From: Vulcanimicrobiota bacterium
Lineage (GTDB): Bacteria; Vulcanimicrobiota; Vulcanimicrobiia; Vulcanimicrobiales; Vulcanimicrobiaceae
NCBI GenBank assembly: GCA_963714015.1
Contig: OY970223.1
Location: 1,536,001-1,600,000, forward strand
Length of the DNA stretch: 64,000 bases
Reading direction: 5' to 3'
This document shows, piece after piece, positions 17,786-28,855 of this stretch. The position numbers were made by a program, and so were the translations under genes. The notes under the pieces were generated by a model that was given only the letters and a program-made list of their open reading frames with translations, did not search any database and was not told where the DNA came from. Position 1 is the first letter of the stretch. The number at the start of each line of letters is the position of its first letter.

Positions 17786-18495
17786 ATCGTGATTTCGCGG
17801 GACAACGGCGCCCGAGCGCCGGGCGGGGCACCTAAAACGATTGTCGTGCCACCACCGGATGCCTTCGCCTCGCTCGTGACGATCTGGAACGTGAACGTGC
17901 CGTTTGGAGCGATGCTTCGGGGCAGCATGCGATAAAAATCCGTAGCAATTTCTGCCGCGGCGTCGAATGCATCTTCGGTCGACATCGGTTTTGCCCAATC
18001 GCTGCGCATTGCACGTATCCCTACCGTCGACTTGCCGCCGGATAGCGTTACGCCGGCCGGCCCAAGCCCCGGGAAAATTCCCATTAAACGAACCCAGATC
18101 GCAAACATCGCGAGCTGTGTGGTGATCGAATCATCGGAGCCGCTCGCTTGGGCGGGCATTTGCGCCGGCGTCGGTAGGGCCACTGCGGAGAAATACTGAA
18201 GCCGATGCTGAAGACGCGTACCCACAAGTACGCGTCTTTCAACTTCGCCGCTGCCCGATGTATACAGCGCGGTAAGGAAGTCGCTAAAGGTCTTCATCTC
18301 AAGGAGTTCGATCGCTGCGACCGGAGGCGGCTGCGGGTTTTCGCTACCGCCCTTTTCTCGCATTGCATGGAGCCCTTTGCGCAGAATCTCGTCGAATCCG
18401 TCCCAATCGATCTTCCCGGAAAACGCATGATCGATACCCGCTTGCGTCAATGCTGCGAGCTCAACGGTGGATGGCAAGTTCGCGTTCTGTGTCAC
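17782..18495 (-). CDS. Hypothetical protein (orphan)
   Basis: 237-aa ORF filling the gap downstream of pmbA; no sure motif. Confidence 0.6.
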   Translation of the reverse strand: MTQNANLPSTVELAALTQAGIDHAFSGKIDWDGFDEILRKGLHAMREKGGSENPQPPPVAAIELLEMKTFSDFLTALYTSGSGEVERRVLVGTRLQHRLQYFSAVALPTPAQMPAQASGSDDSITTQLAMFAIWVRLMGIFPGLGPAGVTLSGGKSTVGIRAMRSDWAKPMSTEDAFDAAAEIATDFYRMLPRSIAPNGTFTFQIVTSEAKASGGGTTIVLGAPPGARAPLSREITI

Positions 18496-18511
18496 TTTGT
18501 GCTTGCGATGA

Positions 18512-19844
18512 CTAGAAGTCGGTGCCGCTCGTGAAGTGGAAGTTTTCGATTTTCGCGGCGGGTACTACGAGTGAGTAGGAGTAACTCCCGGTGCGGTGCA
18601 GCGCGTTGCCGAACTCGCAGCGGCGCAAGCTTTCCAGAATGCTTTGATTGAAGCGCATGTTGCGAACGCCGCACGTGATCTTACCGCCTTCGACGAGGAA
18701 CGTGCCGTCGCGGGTCATGCCGGTAACGATGGCTTTCTTTTGATCGACGGTGCGAATATACCAAAAGCGCGTAACAAGCAACCCGCGTCCGGTCTGCGCG
18801 ATGAGTTCCGTCAGCGGCTTGCTCCCCGGTGCGATTACGAGATTCAGGGGTTGCGGGCCGTAGGCGTTCGGCGCCGGAAGTGCGTGTCCGGTGTTCGGCC
18901 TATGCAGTCGCGCCGCATAGTAGTCTGTCCGTCACGATGTTCTGCGCAACGCCGCCCTTCACGAGCGTCACTCGTTTCTTTGGCTGACCCTCGTAGTCGA
19001 AGGGCATTCCGGGATTGAGCGGATGAGCGTAGTCGTCTTCTATCGTAACGTTCTCGCCCAAATAAGTCTTATCGAGTCCGTCGCTCAAGAAGGACGACTG
19101 CTCCTCAAAGGATTGTGCGGAAAAGTGGTCCGTCAAATATGAGAGTAGCTCGCCGAAAGCGGCAGGCTCGAGGATGACCGTCCAGGGGCCGGGCTCTACC
19201 GCGCGCGGGGCCGCCGAGTCGTGCGCTTTTTGCGCCGATCTGGCTCCGAGCGAATGGGCGTCGAGCTCGCCTACGTCGTTGCTGTAACCTTCGGCAAATC
19301 CGCTCGAGTCGCCGGCGTTCATCTTGACGTTGATGCCGGCATCGGTGCTCTCGAACGAGGCGCGCGCCCCCTCCGAGTTTAGAACGGTCACGCCGCCGGA
19401 AGAAGTCGTAACGAATCCGGCGCACCAGTAGTCCCGGTTCCGCGCTGCCTTGAAGATCTCTTCGGCCATTTCTGCGCGCTGCATCGGTGTGGCGCGCGCG
19501 GTCTGGTCGGCGAAAGCGCCCTCCGGAGGAATGAACGTTCCTCCGCTGGGCAACGACGGCAAATCGGAGTCCTCCGGAGCGAAATTGGCTAATTCGATCG
19601 CGCGCCGCACGACGTCGTCAAGCGCGGTCTCGTCAAGAACATTCGTTCTCGCCACTCCGGTTTTGCATCCGACCACGGCGCGGACTCTGACCGACACGTC
19701 GCTTTCAGCCACATTCTGATGAACGGTGTTGCGGGTGAACCGCGTCAGCTCGCTGTTCGAGGCGAAAACGGAGACTTCGGTTTGGGTTGCGCTCGACCGC
19801 GCGAGCACGCGTTCGGCGAGCGCTTCTCGCTCGGCGCTATCCAT
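18512..19844 (-). CDS. pmbA: TldE/PmbA family protein (frameshift near 18900)
   Basis: LTRF...HQN, VILEPAA, PFDYEG; C-terminal LVTRFWY, TGMTRDG in another frame. Confidence 0.88.
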
Positions 19845-21289
19845 CGTAGCCGACTCCGACTTGCACTTCCCGGAACCGTGCCGGAGACGCGCACTGTGCG
19901 GTCCGGCCTGTTTGCATGGGTTCGCCCTTTCCGCAGTTGGGGGTGCCCCACGCTACCCACGATCGTTCGTCTGCTATGGCATCGCACGAATTCCAGAACT
20001 TCGGCGTCACGCCGGCGTAGGTGGGATTCTTGAGCATTCGTCCGCGTTTGCCGTTCTTGATCTCCCATCCCATCTCGCAGCCGAACTGAAAATTCAGGCG
20101 GTGGTCGTCGATCGACCAGGAGCGGTTGCTCTCCATGTAGATTCCGCTCTTGACGTCGTCGAAGAGATTCTCGAACGGCACGTCCCCGGGCAGCAAATTC
20201 AGATTGCACATCCGGATCATCGGCACGTATTCCCAGCTCTGCGCGCGCACGCAGCCGTTGCTCCTGCGTCCGATCGTGCGCGCGGTGTCGTTACTCATTT
20301 CGTAACCAACCAGCAGACCGTTGCGGATGACGTCCGAGACGCCGCTGCGAGTTCCTTCGTCGTCATAGCCGACTGTTGCAAAACCTTGCGGAATGGTGTT
20401 GTCGATCACGATCGTGACCAGGTCGGAGCCATACTTCAACTTGTCCAGTTGGCCGATCTCCAGAAAACTAACGCCCGAGAAATTTGCCTCCCACCCCATG
20501 ACGCGATCCAGTTCCGCAGGGATGTCCGCACGATTCGTGCATCTGCAGCGAGACTTGCGATCCGCCCAGGACGACGTCGAACGTTCCGCTGGGACATTGG
20601 GGCGCATCGAGCAGCGCGACGGCTTCGTGCGCAATTCGTTGCGCATTCTCGCGCAGCGCCGCTTGCTCTACGATCTCCCACCCTCCGGACTTGTACAATC
20701 CGACGTCTCCGGGGTAGGTGCGGCGCTGCACGTCGCGATCCCCGACTGCCAGAGCTTGAATGCCGCTGCCCGTTTGGCGAATCGATTGTTCGATGCGCGA
20801 GCCGATGCTGCTGTAGAAAATCTTGTCCGTAGTCCAAAGATCCAGCCACGATCGGCCGACGGTGATCTTGCCGGATACGTGCAACTCCTTTTCGGCATCG
20901 AGCAGCAGCGCTACGCGATCGCCCAGCGAAACCTCACGCGGATCGCGCAGCATCGCGGTCGCGAATCGGTCGGTGTACGCGCTAAGGGGGGCTTGGCCGA
21001 TGCGCTGCAGCCCTATCGACGCCCCGGCCTGCGCAATTTCGACTGCTCTCGCTGCGGCGCGATCGACGCCGTCTTCGCTCATATCGGAGCTTGCGGCGAA
21101 TCCCCATGCTCCGTCCACCAGTGCGCGGATCCCGTATCCGCGGCTGGTTGAATCGGAGAGCGTTGCCACAACGCCGTTCCGGACTTCAATCCGTTCGGCA
21201 CGCGCAACTTCGAAACGGACGTCCGTATAATCCGCGCCTTGCTTTGCTGCAGTGTCCATTGCGCGGGCGGCCAGGCCGTCGAAACTCAT
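19837..21289 (-). CDS. tldD: TldD family metalloprotease (frameshifts around 20520-20640)
   Basis: GYGIRALVDGAWGFA, HESCGH, ELDR, YDDEG, RMCN, CGKGEP. Confidence 0.9.
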
Positions 21290-21296
21290 TCGGCGC

Positions 21297-23402
21297 CTAT
21301 TTGGGAGTACTAATGACGCTGCCTGCCAGAATCACGCGCAAGGTGCCGATTGCAATCTCTCCGGCCGCTTTTACCGCGGGGCCCGGCCCGACGCGATCGA
21401 TGACATAGAGCGATTTGAGCGTAATCGGCTGCGGCAACGCCGCCGGGAATCGCAGCTCGACGTGCCGCCAGCCGTGCCAATTGACTGCCGCAATCGTGTA
21501 CAGAAAGCGTTCGTTCATTGCGTTGTTCACGGCGGCCCGCAAAATCTCGCCGTTGCCGTCGCCGTAGACTTCGGCCGAGATGCCGAGAGCGCGTTCCGGC
21601 AGACGAGCTTCGTCATCCGCGTAAGCCGCGCGTTCATCGCCGCTGAAATCGTACCGGAGTTCGACGCAATTGCTGCAGCCCTGTCCGCTCGATAGACCGC
21701 CGGGTTCCCCGCGAGGCGACGTCGAAAACGACGCGCCGGAAAGCGCTAAATCCATCGTGTGCTGTCCCACGGTAACGTCCTGGCCGAAAATCCGATCGCC
21801 CAAGCGCACGGCGACGTATGCGTCGCTTTCGTTCGCGCGGAAATTGCCTTCGCCGTCTATCGTTGCGTTACGGGCGCTCCACGGCAGCGCCTGCGGCAAC
21901 GCAATGGGATAACCGCGCGGATCGAATGCCGCAGCCTGCATCTGCACCACGCCGTGCGCCAAAAGTGCCGGATGCAGGGGTAGAATTTCCGCGCGCGCAG
22001 CCGAGCGCGTTACGCGTACCGGAATCTGCATATGCAAGGGGCCGGCGTGAACTTGGAGCGTTGCATCGCCTATTCGAGTGCCCGCGATAAAGACGCCCCC
22101 GTCGATCGTCCCCGCGCTCGACGGAGCGACGTCCATACGTACGGCGCAAGCGCACGTTACGGCGTGCCCGGCATAGTCCGTAATCGCCGTCCGAATTGGA
22201 ACGCGCGCGCCTGGAAACGCTAGAATTTGCTGAGGACTCGAGTAAAGACGCGCCGCCGCCCCATGCGGTGCATCGCTATAGACGAAGAGGCCGTCGCCGA
22301 CTTGCCGCTCTTTGCCGTCGGACGGAGAATTTTGCACTTGTGCGTCGGTCGCACCCGGAAGACGCGCCACGATCGTCGAGCTTCCGCCGCCGTCGAATTG
22401 CATGCCCGTCTGGGCACCGAACGCAATCATCAGTGACGCGAACTGCGGCTGCAATACGCCGATCGAAAGCGCCGGCTGACGCCCGTCGATCTCGAACAAC
22501 AGCAGCGTGCCGTCTTTTGTGAGGGCCGCTCCGGTCGCCGGCATATGCGTCGCGAACTCACCTTTCGAGGGGCCGTCGGGATCGGCGTACCATGCGCCGT
22601 CTTTGACCAGCAGCGGTCCGCCGCCGATTGCCGAAGCTACGTCGTCGAATTGCGCCGCGTTCTGATCGGAAATGGTCACCGTATCGCCGGGGTTGGGCGG
22701 ATCGGCTTGACCGTAGGAATTCTCTCCGATGGCCAGATAGTATCCCGGAGGCTGCGGCACGGTATTGTCGGCGATCGACGTAACGCGATACGCTGCGAAC
22801 GGCGGCGTGCCCGAAACGGGCGTGAGCGCGATCTCGGTCACGTTCTGCTCGGCGCGCAGCGTGCCGTACTCCGGAGTGATGAAGACGGCGCCCTCGCCCG
22901 GCGGCGGCCAGTCATTCATCGTTTTGAGGTCCACCGTACCACCGGGTAGTGAAGCTTGCGCACTAAATTGAAACTCTTCGAACGTTACCGCCTTCTGCGG
23001 CGAAAACGCTATTGCCCAGCGCTGCATCGGCGCGCGAATAAGGCGACCGTTTTCAACGAGAACGTTGAGCGGCTGATTGGTCTGATTGATGTCGAAGTAG
23101 TCGCCGTTTATGCCCGCTACCGCGCCCGTGCGGCGGGCCATTGAAGAGACGGTCTCACCGGCGGAAACGAGTTTGTCCTGCGCGAGTACGGTGCCGATTC
23201 GTACCGTCGGCTCGTGAAGATCGATCGCGACGACGTGTACCGATAGCGGTCCGTCCGCGGTGAGCATCTCGTAATCGCCGTACCGAATACCGGGCGCTAC
23301 GTCGGCGATCGTCGGTGCATCGGTAACGATCTTCGGAAAAGGAGCGGCAGGCTCGGGAGAGAGGGGCAACAACGCCGCCAGCAAGAGTGAAATTACGGCC
23401 AC
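21297..23402 (-). CDS. Secreted phosphodiester glycosidase (NAGPA/DUF2233) family protein with Ig-like and CBM-like C-terminal domains
   Basis: GINGDYF, GGGPLL, IDGRQ, FDGGGSS, NSPSDG; VNWHGWRHV in C-terminus. Confidence 0.85.
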   Translation of the reverse strand: MAVISLLLAALLPLSPEPAAPFPKIVTDAPTIADVAPGIRYGDYEMLTADGPLSVHVVAIDLHEPTVRIGTVLAQDKLVSAGETVSSMARRTGAVAGINGDYFDINQTNQPLNVLVENGRLIRAPMQRWAIAFSPQKAVTFEEFQFSAQASLPGGTVDLKTMNDWPPPGEGAVFITPEYGTLRAEQNVTEIALTPVSGTPPFAAYRVTSIADNTVPQPPGYYLAIGENSYGQADPPNPGDTVTISDQNAAQFDDVASAIGGGPLLVKDGAWYADPDGPSKGEFATHMPATGAALTKDGTLLLFEIDGRQPALSIGVLQPQFASLMIAFGAQTGMQFDGGGSSTIVARLPGATDAQVQNSPSDGKERQVGDGLFVYSDAPHGAAARLYSSPQQILAFPGARVPIRTAITDYAGHAVTCACAVRMDVAPSSAGTIDGGVFIAGTRIGDATLQVHAGPLHMQIPVRVTRSAARAEILPLHPALLAHGVVQMQAAAFDPRGYPIALPQALPWSARNATIDGEGNFRANESDAYVAVRLGDRIFGQDVTVGQHTMDLALSGASFSTSPRGEPGGLSSGQGCSNCVELRYDFSGDERAAYADDEARLPERALGISAEVYGDGNGEILRAAVNNAMNERFLYTIAAVNWHGWRHVELRFPAALPQPITLKSLYVIDRVGPGPAVKAAGEIAIGTLRVILAGSVISTPK

Positions 23403-24622
23403 GATGCGATGCTGAGCGGAAAGCCTCCCGTAGCGAACGGTGCACCCGCCAGGCGGTGCAATGTCTTGATATCAAAGACGTCGACCTTATTGTCGCGAGC
23501 GCAAGGGACGAACAGCCGGCCGTCCGCAATATGCGGGCGCCATGGCGTGCGGCAAGTTTCCAAAGGCGCCCGAACGGGCGCTAAGGTCTTGGTGCTGAGC
23601 ACGTAAACCATGTTCGTTGCTTCGTCGGTAACGAGGAGCCGTCTGCGCGGCGCGTCTAAAACGATACCGAGCGGGAACGTGAAGTATCCGCTGCGCCGGA
23701 CGATGTGCGGATGCGCGCTCCCGGCGTCGATTTCCGCCACGTATCCTCCGTGCGTGTTCATTCCCGGGCTCGAGTTCGAGACGGCATAGAGACGTCGCGT
23801 GCCGGCGTCGAGCGCAATACCGAACGTGCGATCCACGCTGGGCAGCTTGCGCAGCACGCGCATCGTTCGCGCATCGACCGCCGCTACGCTGCGTTCGTTG
23901 ACGTTGCCCACATAGACGACTTGGCGCTTTTCGTCGATCGTCAAACCTTCGGCAGTGTTCCCCGTTGGCACCAATCGAACTTGGCCGCCCGGAGTCACGC
24001 GCGTCAGCGCCCCGCTCGGTCCTGCGTCGCGGTCGCTCACGAAGATGTCGCCGGTCCGGCTGTCGACCGCGATCTCGTTCGCCTCCGGTACTCCGCGGAT
24101 GCGCTCCACCGTCCACGGTTTGCGCTTGATGTACGTCAGAACATCGCCGTCGGTGTCCGCGGAGAGAATTGTTCCGTCTCGCTCGAACGCGACGTCGCCC
24201 GGCGGACCGCCGATTGGAGCGTAACCGAGCAGGGCAAACGTGCGCGGGTCGTGCAGCGCGATACCGCTGTCATAAGTTGCAACCGCGAGAAGGGGCCGAT
24301 CCGGTGAGGGCGGCGGCACGATTCGCACCGTGCTGTACGCAACCGCGCCGCGCGCCGCTCCGATCAGCGTTGCCGTTTGCGGCGAGCTCACGATCGGCGC
24401 TATGTATTCGTGCCCTTGCACTTTTCCGGGGCCGAGCACCGAAAGCGAAAAATTTCCTTGAATCCCTGTCGCATCGACGAGGATACGGCTTCCCGCGATG
24501 AACGGGCCGCCGCCCGCCTGCAGCGCAAAGGACCCGGTTTTCTTGAACGCTCTTTGTGACGGCGTTGCGGCGGTCAACAGCATTGCAGCCGCAAGAACGC
24601 AGAGGATCTTAAGAATGCGCAT
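23393..24622 (-). CDS. Secreted YncE/YVTN-like beta-propeller protein
   Basis: Signal peptide; repeated P/A-x-G-I-A-x-D blades. Confidence 0.8.
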   Translation of the reverse strand: MRILKILCVLAAAMLLTAATPSQRAFKKTGSFALQAGGGPFIAGSRILVDATGIQGNFSLSVLGPGKVQGHEYIAPIVSSPQTATLIGAARGAVAYSTVRIVPPPSPDRPLLAVATYDSGIALHDPRTFALLGYAPIGGPPGDVAFERDGTILSADTDGDVLTYIKRKPWTVERIRGVPEANEIAVDSRTGDIFVSDRDAGPSGALTRVTPGGQVRLVPTGNTAEGLTIDEKRQVVYVGNVNERSVAAVDARTMRVLRKLPSVDRTFGIALDAGTRRLYAVSNSSPGMNTHGGYVAEIDAGSAHPHIVRRSGYFTFPLGIVLDAPRRRLLVTDEATNMVYVLSTKTLAPVRAPLETCRTPWRPHIADGRLFVPCARDNKVDVFDIKTLHRLAGAPFATGGFPLSIASWP

Positions 24623-25902
24623 GCGCACTCGCTCGTTGCAGTCCGGCACGCACGTCGGTTCCGGGAGCGACCAACGTCTGATCGGCCTTCGCCGGATCGT
24701 ACGTGAACGATGCCATCGCATAGTCGCCGAACGTGCCGCAAATCACCGCACCGTCCGGATCGACCGCGAAGGCGCGATTGGCGGCATCGATCGTGATGAC
24801 GTACATGCGCAACTCGATCGCGCGCGTGCGGGCAAAGGCTGCTTGACTGGATTCATCGGCTTGCGTCGTCCAAACCGCGAGATCGGCGCCTCCCAGCCGC
24901 GCTGCGACGAGGCCCGCCGGATCGTACATCGTGTCATCGCCGACGAAGAGCACCGGTGCATCGTCGTTTCCGGCAGCGGGATACGTCGACTGCGGCATGA
25001 TCAGAAGCTCCGCTTCCAGGATTCGCAGACGTTCTTCCATGTAGCGCTCGGTCTGCAGTTCTTCGCGCGAGATTGCTATGCGGACCGGCTTGCGAACGCG
25101 TCCGTCACGATTTACCGGCGAAAGGCTTGGGAGCTCCCTCCGCGAGGTGCGAGGCGGTCCCACCGCTATTGAAGCGTAGAGCGTCTCTTCACTGTCCTGC
25201 GACGCCATTGCAAGAACGACGCCATCTGCGTCGACGATCTGGCTCTTGCCGCAATACGCAACGCAGTCGAGTTCGACGCCGCACTTGTTTGCGGCAACGA
25301 AGGGGACGGCGTTCTCTCGCGCGCGCATTCGCGCCAGCAGATCCGCTTGCACATTCTCCAGGAACGACGGATCCCGCCCGCTTGTTACCCACGCCGTGGG
25401 CATCACGAGCAATTCGGCGCCCTGGTCTACCAGCGTTTTTGCTATGAGGGGAATCCGTCCGTCGGCGCAGACGAGGACGCCCAACGTGCCGGCGGACGTG
25501 CGGATAGGCTCGATCCGTTCCCCCGGCGCGAACCATTGACGGTCGAAATGCCACAGAAAGTGCTTGTCGGCCGTTCCCGCAACGCTGCCGTCGCTATCGA
25601 TGACGATGGCGCTGTTGAAGGTCTGCTCACCATCCCGGCGGGCGGCCCCAATCACGACCACTATCTCCAGCTCTCGAGCCAGCGCGGCACATTCGTCCAG
25701 CCTGCGCCCGGACTTCGCGCCCATCGTATGCTTCGTAACCCAGCACGTACGCAGGCAGCGTCCCTTCCGGCAGAACGACCAGTTTTGCGCCCGCCGTTGC
25801 CGCACTGCGAATCCGAGCGGCAATTCCCGGCCAAATCCGAGGGAGCGCGCCGCGATCGTAAGCGCGCGTCTGCACCGCCCCGACGGTGAGCGTTCGAAGC
25901 AT
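24609..25902 (-). CDS. Carbon-nitrogen hydrolase (nitrilase superfamily), frameshift near 25700
   Basis: LVVLPEG (Glu), ADKHFLW (Lys), VCADG (Cys), RARENA, YCGKS. Confidence 0.85.
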
Positions 25903-26039
25903 CGTGCGATGGTGTTCGCACCCGACGCCCGCGTCCTTTCCGAACTGTCCCCCCCGCTCTCGCGGTAAAGCAAGCAGCTTCAGCCGGCGGGCGAGCGGGC
26001 CGATGCTCTAGTGCAGGGGAGGGAAAGGAGCGGTGCGCC

Positions 26040-26495
26040 GTGCGCGTCCGCCGACTATTTTTCGCCGTCATTCTCATCCCAGCACTCCTCTCATTTTCCG
26101 GAGGTCCCGCGCACGCGGCTCGTGCGCCTAAGGCCGCCGCGGCAAAGGTGGCGCCCGCGGACGAATACTTCGGCCGCTTGAAAATGAGCATTCTCGGCAT
26201 ACGCAATCAACTGCGAGATCTTTCGCTGCGTCTGCAATACGCGCCGGATCGGGGCCAGGACGTACTCGGATCCGCGGGCTTCATCGAAGATGCGCTGCGC
26301 GATTGGGAGCGCAAGTATCCCGCCGATCCTTGGCTCGCCAAAAGCGTCTACGATCTGACGAACTTGTACGCGAGCGTGCATTCGGACATCGGCCGCGCGG
26401 ACGCACTGCGCGCGTTCCATTGGCTGCAAGACCGGTATGCCAAGACGACGTACGCAGCGCAAGCACGCATCCAACTTGCCGCCACGATGAAGTAA
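26040..26495 (+). CDS. Secreted helical hypothetical protein (DEYFGR-KMS family, paralog 1)
   Basis: AHA signal cleavage site; APADEYFGRLKMSILGIRN...WERKYPADPWLA. Confidence 0.8.
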   Translation: MRVRRLFFAVILIPALLSFSGGPAHAARAPKAAAAKVAPADEYFGRLKMSILGIRNQLRDLSLRLQYAPDRGQDVLGSAGFIEDALRDWERKYPADPWLAKSVYDLTNLYASVHSDIGRADALRAFHWLQDRYAKTTYAAQARIQLAATMK

Positions 26496-26556
26496 ATACG
26501 GTCCCCGCCAGCGTAACACCGCATCAACGCCTTGCGCAAAACAGAAAGGACCGTCG

Positions 26557-27553
26557 TTGAAGCGCGTTTCGCTCTCGCTTTTGCCTGCTGCAACCGTTCT
26601 GGCCATCGCCGGGTCGGTTGCAGCAGCGCCGATGTCGGCACCAGCGCCGAAAGCAACCGCAACTCCGTCTGCGTCCAAAGACAAGAAGCCTGCGGTCAAA
26701 CCCACGCCCAAACTCTCGAAATGGCAGCAGCACATCAACCAGATCCTGCAAGCCTCCGCTCCCGGCGACGAATATTTCGGCCGCATGAAGATGAGCTGAT
26801 TTGGGGATCAACAACACGTTCCGGGACGATCTGATTCGGGCGGGCGCTTACACCACGGATCCAAAACTGCTCTCGGGTATCCGCTTTGCCGACGAAGCGC
26901 TCACCGCTTGGGCAAAAAAATATCCCAACGACCCGCAGCTCGCGCGGTCGTATTTCTTGGCCTTCCAGATGTATCGCAAAATTTGGATGCAGACCTATCA
27001 AGACAAAGCTTGGCAATACGCGCACATCGTGGTGGAAAAATGGCCGTCCAGCTTCTTCGGAAAGACGCTGTCCAAAGATCTGAAGATTGGTTTTACCGAG
27101 CACTACTTCGAGGCAGCGGTCCCGTGCCCAGCGACTCCCGAACCTTTGCCATCGGGCACGCCGAACAAACATGCGACGCCCACGCCATCGCCGACGCCGA
27201 CCGAGACACCGACGCCGACTCCGTCGCCGACACCGACTCCGGCGCCTGGCATGCCGCCGGTGCAAGTACTGCCGGTCCCGTGCTTCACGCCGTCGCCTGC
27301 ACCAACGATCGCTCCAATCGCCGCACCCTCGGAATCGCCGGCGCCAATCGTATCGCCGAGCGGCTCGCCGTCGCCGGGCGCGTCTGGGTCGCCGAGCGCG
27401 TCGAGTTCTCCGAGCGGCTCGCCCTCGGCGCCGGCTAGCCCGTCCTCGCCGTTGCCTGGTTCTTCCGCTTCGCCGAGCACGCCGGCTTCGACGTCTCCCT
27501 CACCCGCTCCGACCCACAAACCTCACCGGCGAATGAAGGGCTTAGTGCGGTGA
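26557..27553 (+). CDS. Secreted hypothetical protein (DEYFGR-KMS family, paralog 2) with Pro/Ser/Thr tail; frameshift near 26797
   Basis: APGDEYFGRMKMS then, in another frame, LGINN...WAKKYPNDPQLA; TP and SP repeats at C-terminus. Confidence 0.75.
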
Positions 27554-28195
27554 CAGCATGGCGTGCTTGATGTTGGCGATCTCTGCAGGCGTGATGTTGT
27601 CGGCCTGAATGATGACCACCTCATTGCCCACCTGCCACACTTGCGTTGCGCGAAGGCGGTGACCGCCGGGCGTCAGCACCCAGCGATAGCGTTCTTCCGG
27701 ATTCGTAATGCTGTGAGCCGGCCCGCTGACGATCTTTGCATTCGCGAGAACGACCCACAACAAGTGATCGCTCCGGCGCCAGGCGCCTGGAAGATCGTAA
27801 GTTATCGCGATCGCACTTCGGCCGGCGCCGATCATTTGCATGGGCGTCGTTCCTGGCGGCAATCCGGACGGATAAACGACGCGGAAATCCGCGCGCGCCG
27901 CTGCCGCGCGAAGATCGTTTCGGGTCGGATGGCGCACGTACTTTCCGCTGTCCGTTGCTATCTTCAAATTAAGGTTCGAATCGAAAAAGACGTGCGTATG
28001 ACCCAGAATCGAAGCGGCAGCGGCTAGGGCGGCCGCCGAAAACAACGCGGCAGCGGCCCCTGCAAAACGCTTGGAACGGAACGATCCCGGCTCGATCGGG
28101 CGCGTAGCCGCATCCCGAATTGCGCCCATCGGCGCGGGCGGGACGGCGATCTCGGCGCGTGCGAAGGCGCACAGGCGGCTAAAATCCGATGACAT
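27542..28195 (-). CDS. Putative anti-sigma factor (single TM, extracytoplasmic domain)
   Basis: Overlaps the 3' end of an ECF sigma; short N-terminus, TM segment AAAALFSAAALAAAASIL. Confidence 0.6.
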   Translation of the reverse strand: MSSDFSRLCAFARAEIAVPPAPMGAIRDAATRPIEPGSFRSKRFAGAAAALFSAAALAAAASILGHTHVFFDSNLNLKIATDSGKYVRHPTRNDLRAAAARADFRVVYPSGLPPGTTPMQMIGAGRSAIAITYDLPGAWRRSDHLLWVVLANAKIVSGPAHSITNPEERYRWVLTPGGHRLRATQVWQVGNEVVIIQADNITPAEIANIKHAMLSPH

Positions 28196-28715
28196 GCGAT
28201 TCAACTCCCTGTGTATTTTCATTTGCCTTATCGTCAAGCAGCGGCCGCAGCCGTCTTTTTGCAACCATCAACCTGAAACGGACGGTCGGCGCCGGTATCC
28301 CCAGCACCGTCCCTATCTCCGAACTGTTGAATTCCTCGAAGTACCGCAGCACGACGACATCCCGCAGATGCTTCGGCAGCGAATCGAGCGCGCGCCACAC
28401 GTCTATCGGCGTTGTGTCGTCGGCAGGAACGGCGACCGTCCGGATCTGCACTGACGCTTGAACCGAGCGGCGCCGCAGTTTGCCGGCCTCGCGCACGACG
28501 ATGCGCGAAAACCATACGCGAAAAGCGTCGACGCTGCGCAACTTCGAAATCGATCGATAGAGGACGACGCACGCTTCCTGCGCCGCATCCTCTGCGAGCT
28601 GCGCTTCACCAAGCACCGCGTATGCCAGGCGGTAAGCCGCCGGCCACACCGCTTCGATGAGCCGGTCCAAGTCGTCCGTCCCGCCTCCGCGCGCAGCCTC
28701 GACGATGTCCTTCAT
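28179..28715 (-). CDS. ECF RNA polymerase sigma factor
   Basis: AEDAAQE, FRVWFSRI (region 2); LRYFEEFNSSEIG...TVRFRL (region 4). Confidence 0.93.
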   Translation of the reverse strand: MKDIVEAARGGGTDDLDRLIEAVWPAAYRLAYAVLGEAQLAEDAAQEACVVLYRSISKLRSVDAFRVWFSRIVVREAGKLRRRSVQASVQIRTVAVPADDTTPIDVWRALDSLPKHLRDVVVLRYFEEFNSSEIGTVLGIPAPTVRFRLMVAKRRLRPLLDDKANENTQGVESHVIGF

Positions 28716-28855
28716 ATCTCTATAGAGCGAGCAACGGCGCCAAACTGTTTGTTTTTGCCAATTTTTCCCCGCGCTTATTCCTCAAGGTCCATCGCCCACG
28801 CGTCTCACGAGCGAAGGGCCTCGCGCACTTCGGTGCTCGATACTTGCGCCTGCGC

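Noticed and set aside
18512..21289. TldD/E as part of a RiPP biosynthetic cluster
   Set aside because: No precursor peptide, YcaO, radical SAM or lanthipeptide enzyme nearby; housekeeping context
25934..26029. TCCTTTCC/GGAAAGGA pairing as an RBS-sequestering riboswitch
   Set aside because: Short arms in a divergent spacer where purine-rich tracts on both strands explain the symmetry; no aptamer recognised
26790..26803. TGA after KMS as selenocysteine or readthrough
   Set aside because: The continuation is in a different frame, so it is an indel rather than in-frame recoding
27170..27515. Short DNA repeats (also 2330-2620 and 32880-32940)
   Set aside because: They encode Pro/Thr/Ser or Gly/Asn low-complexity linkers
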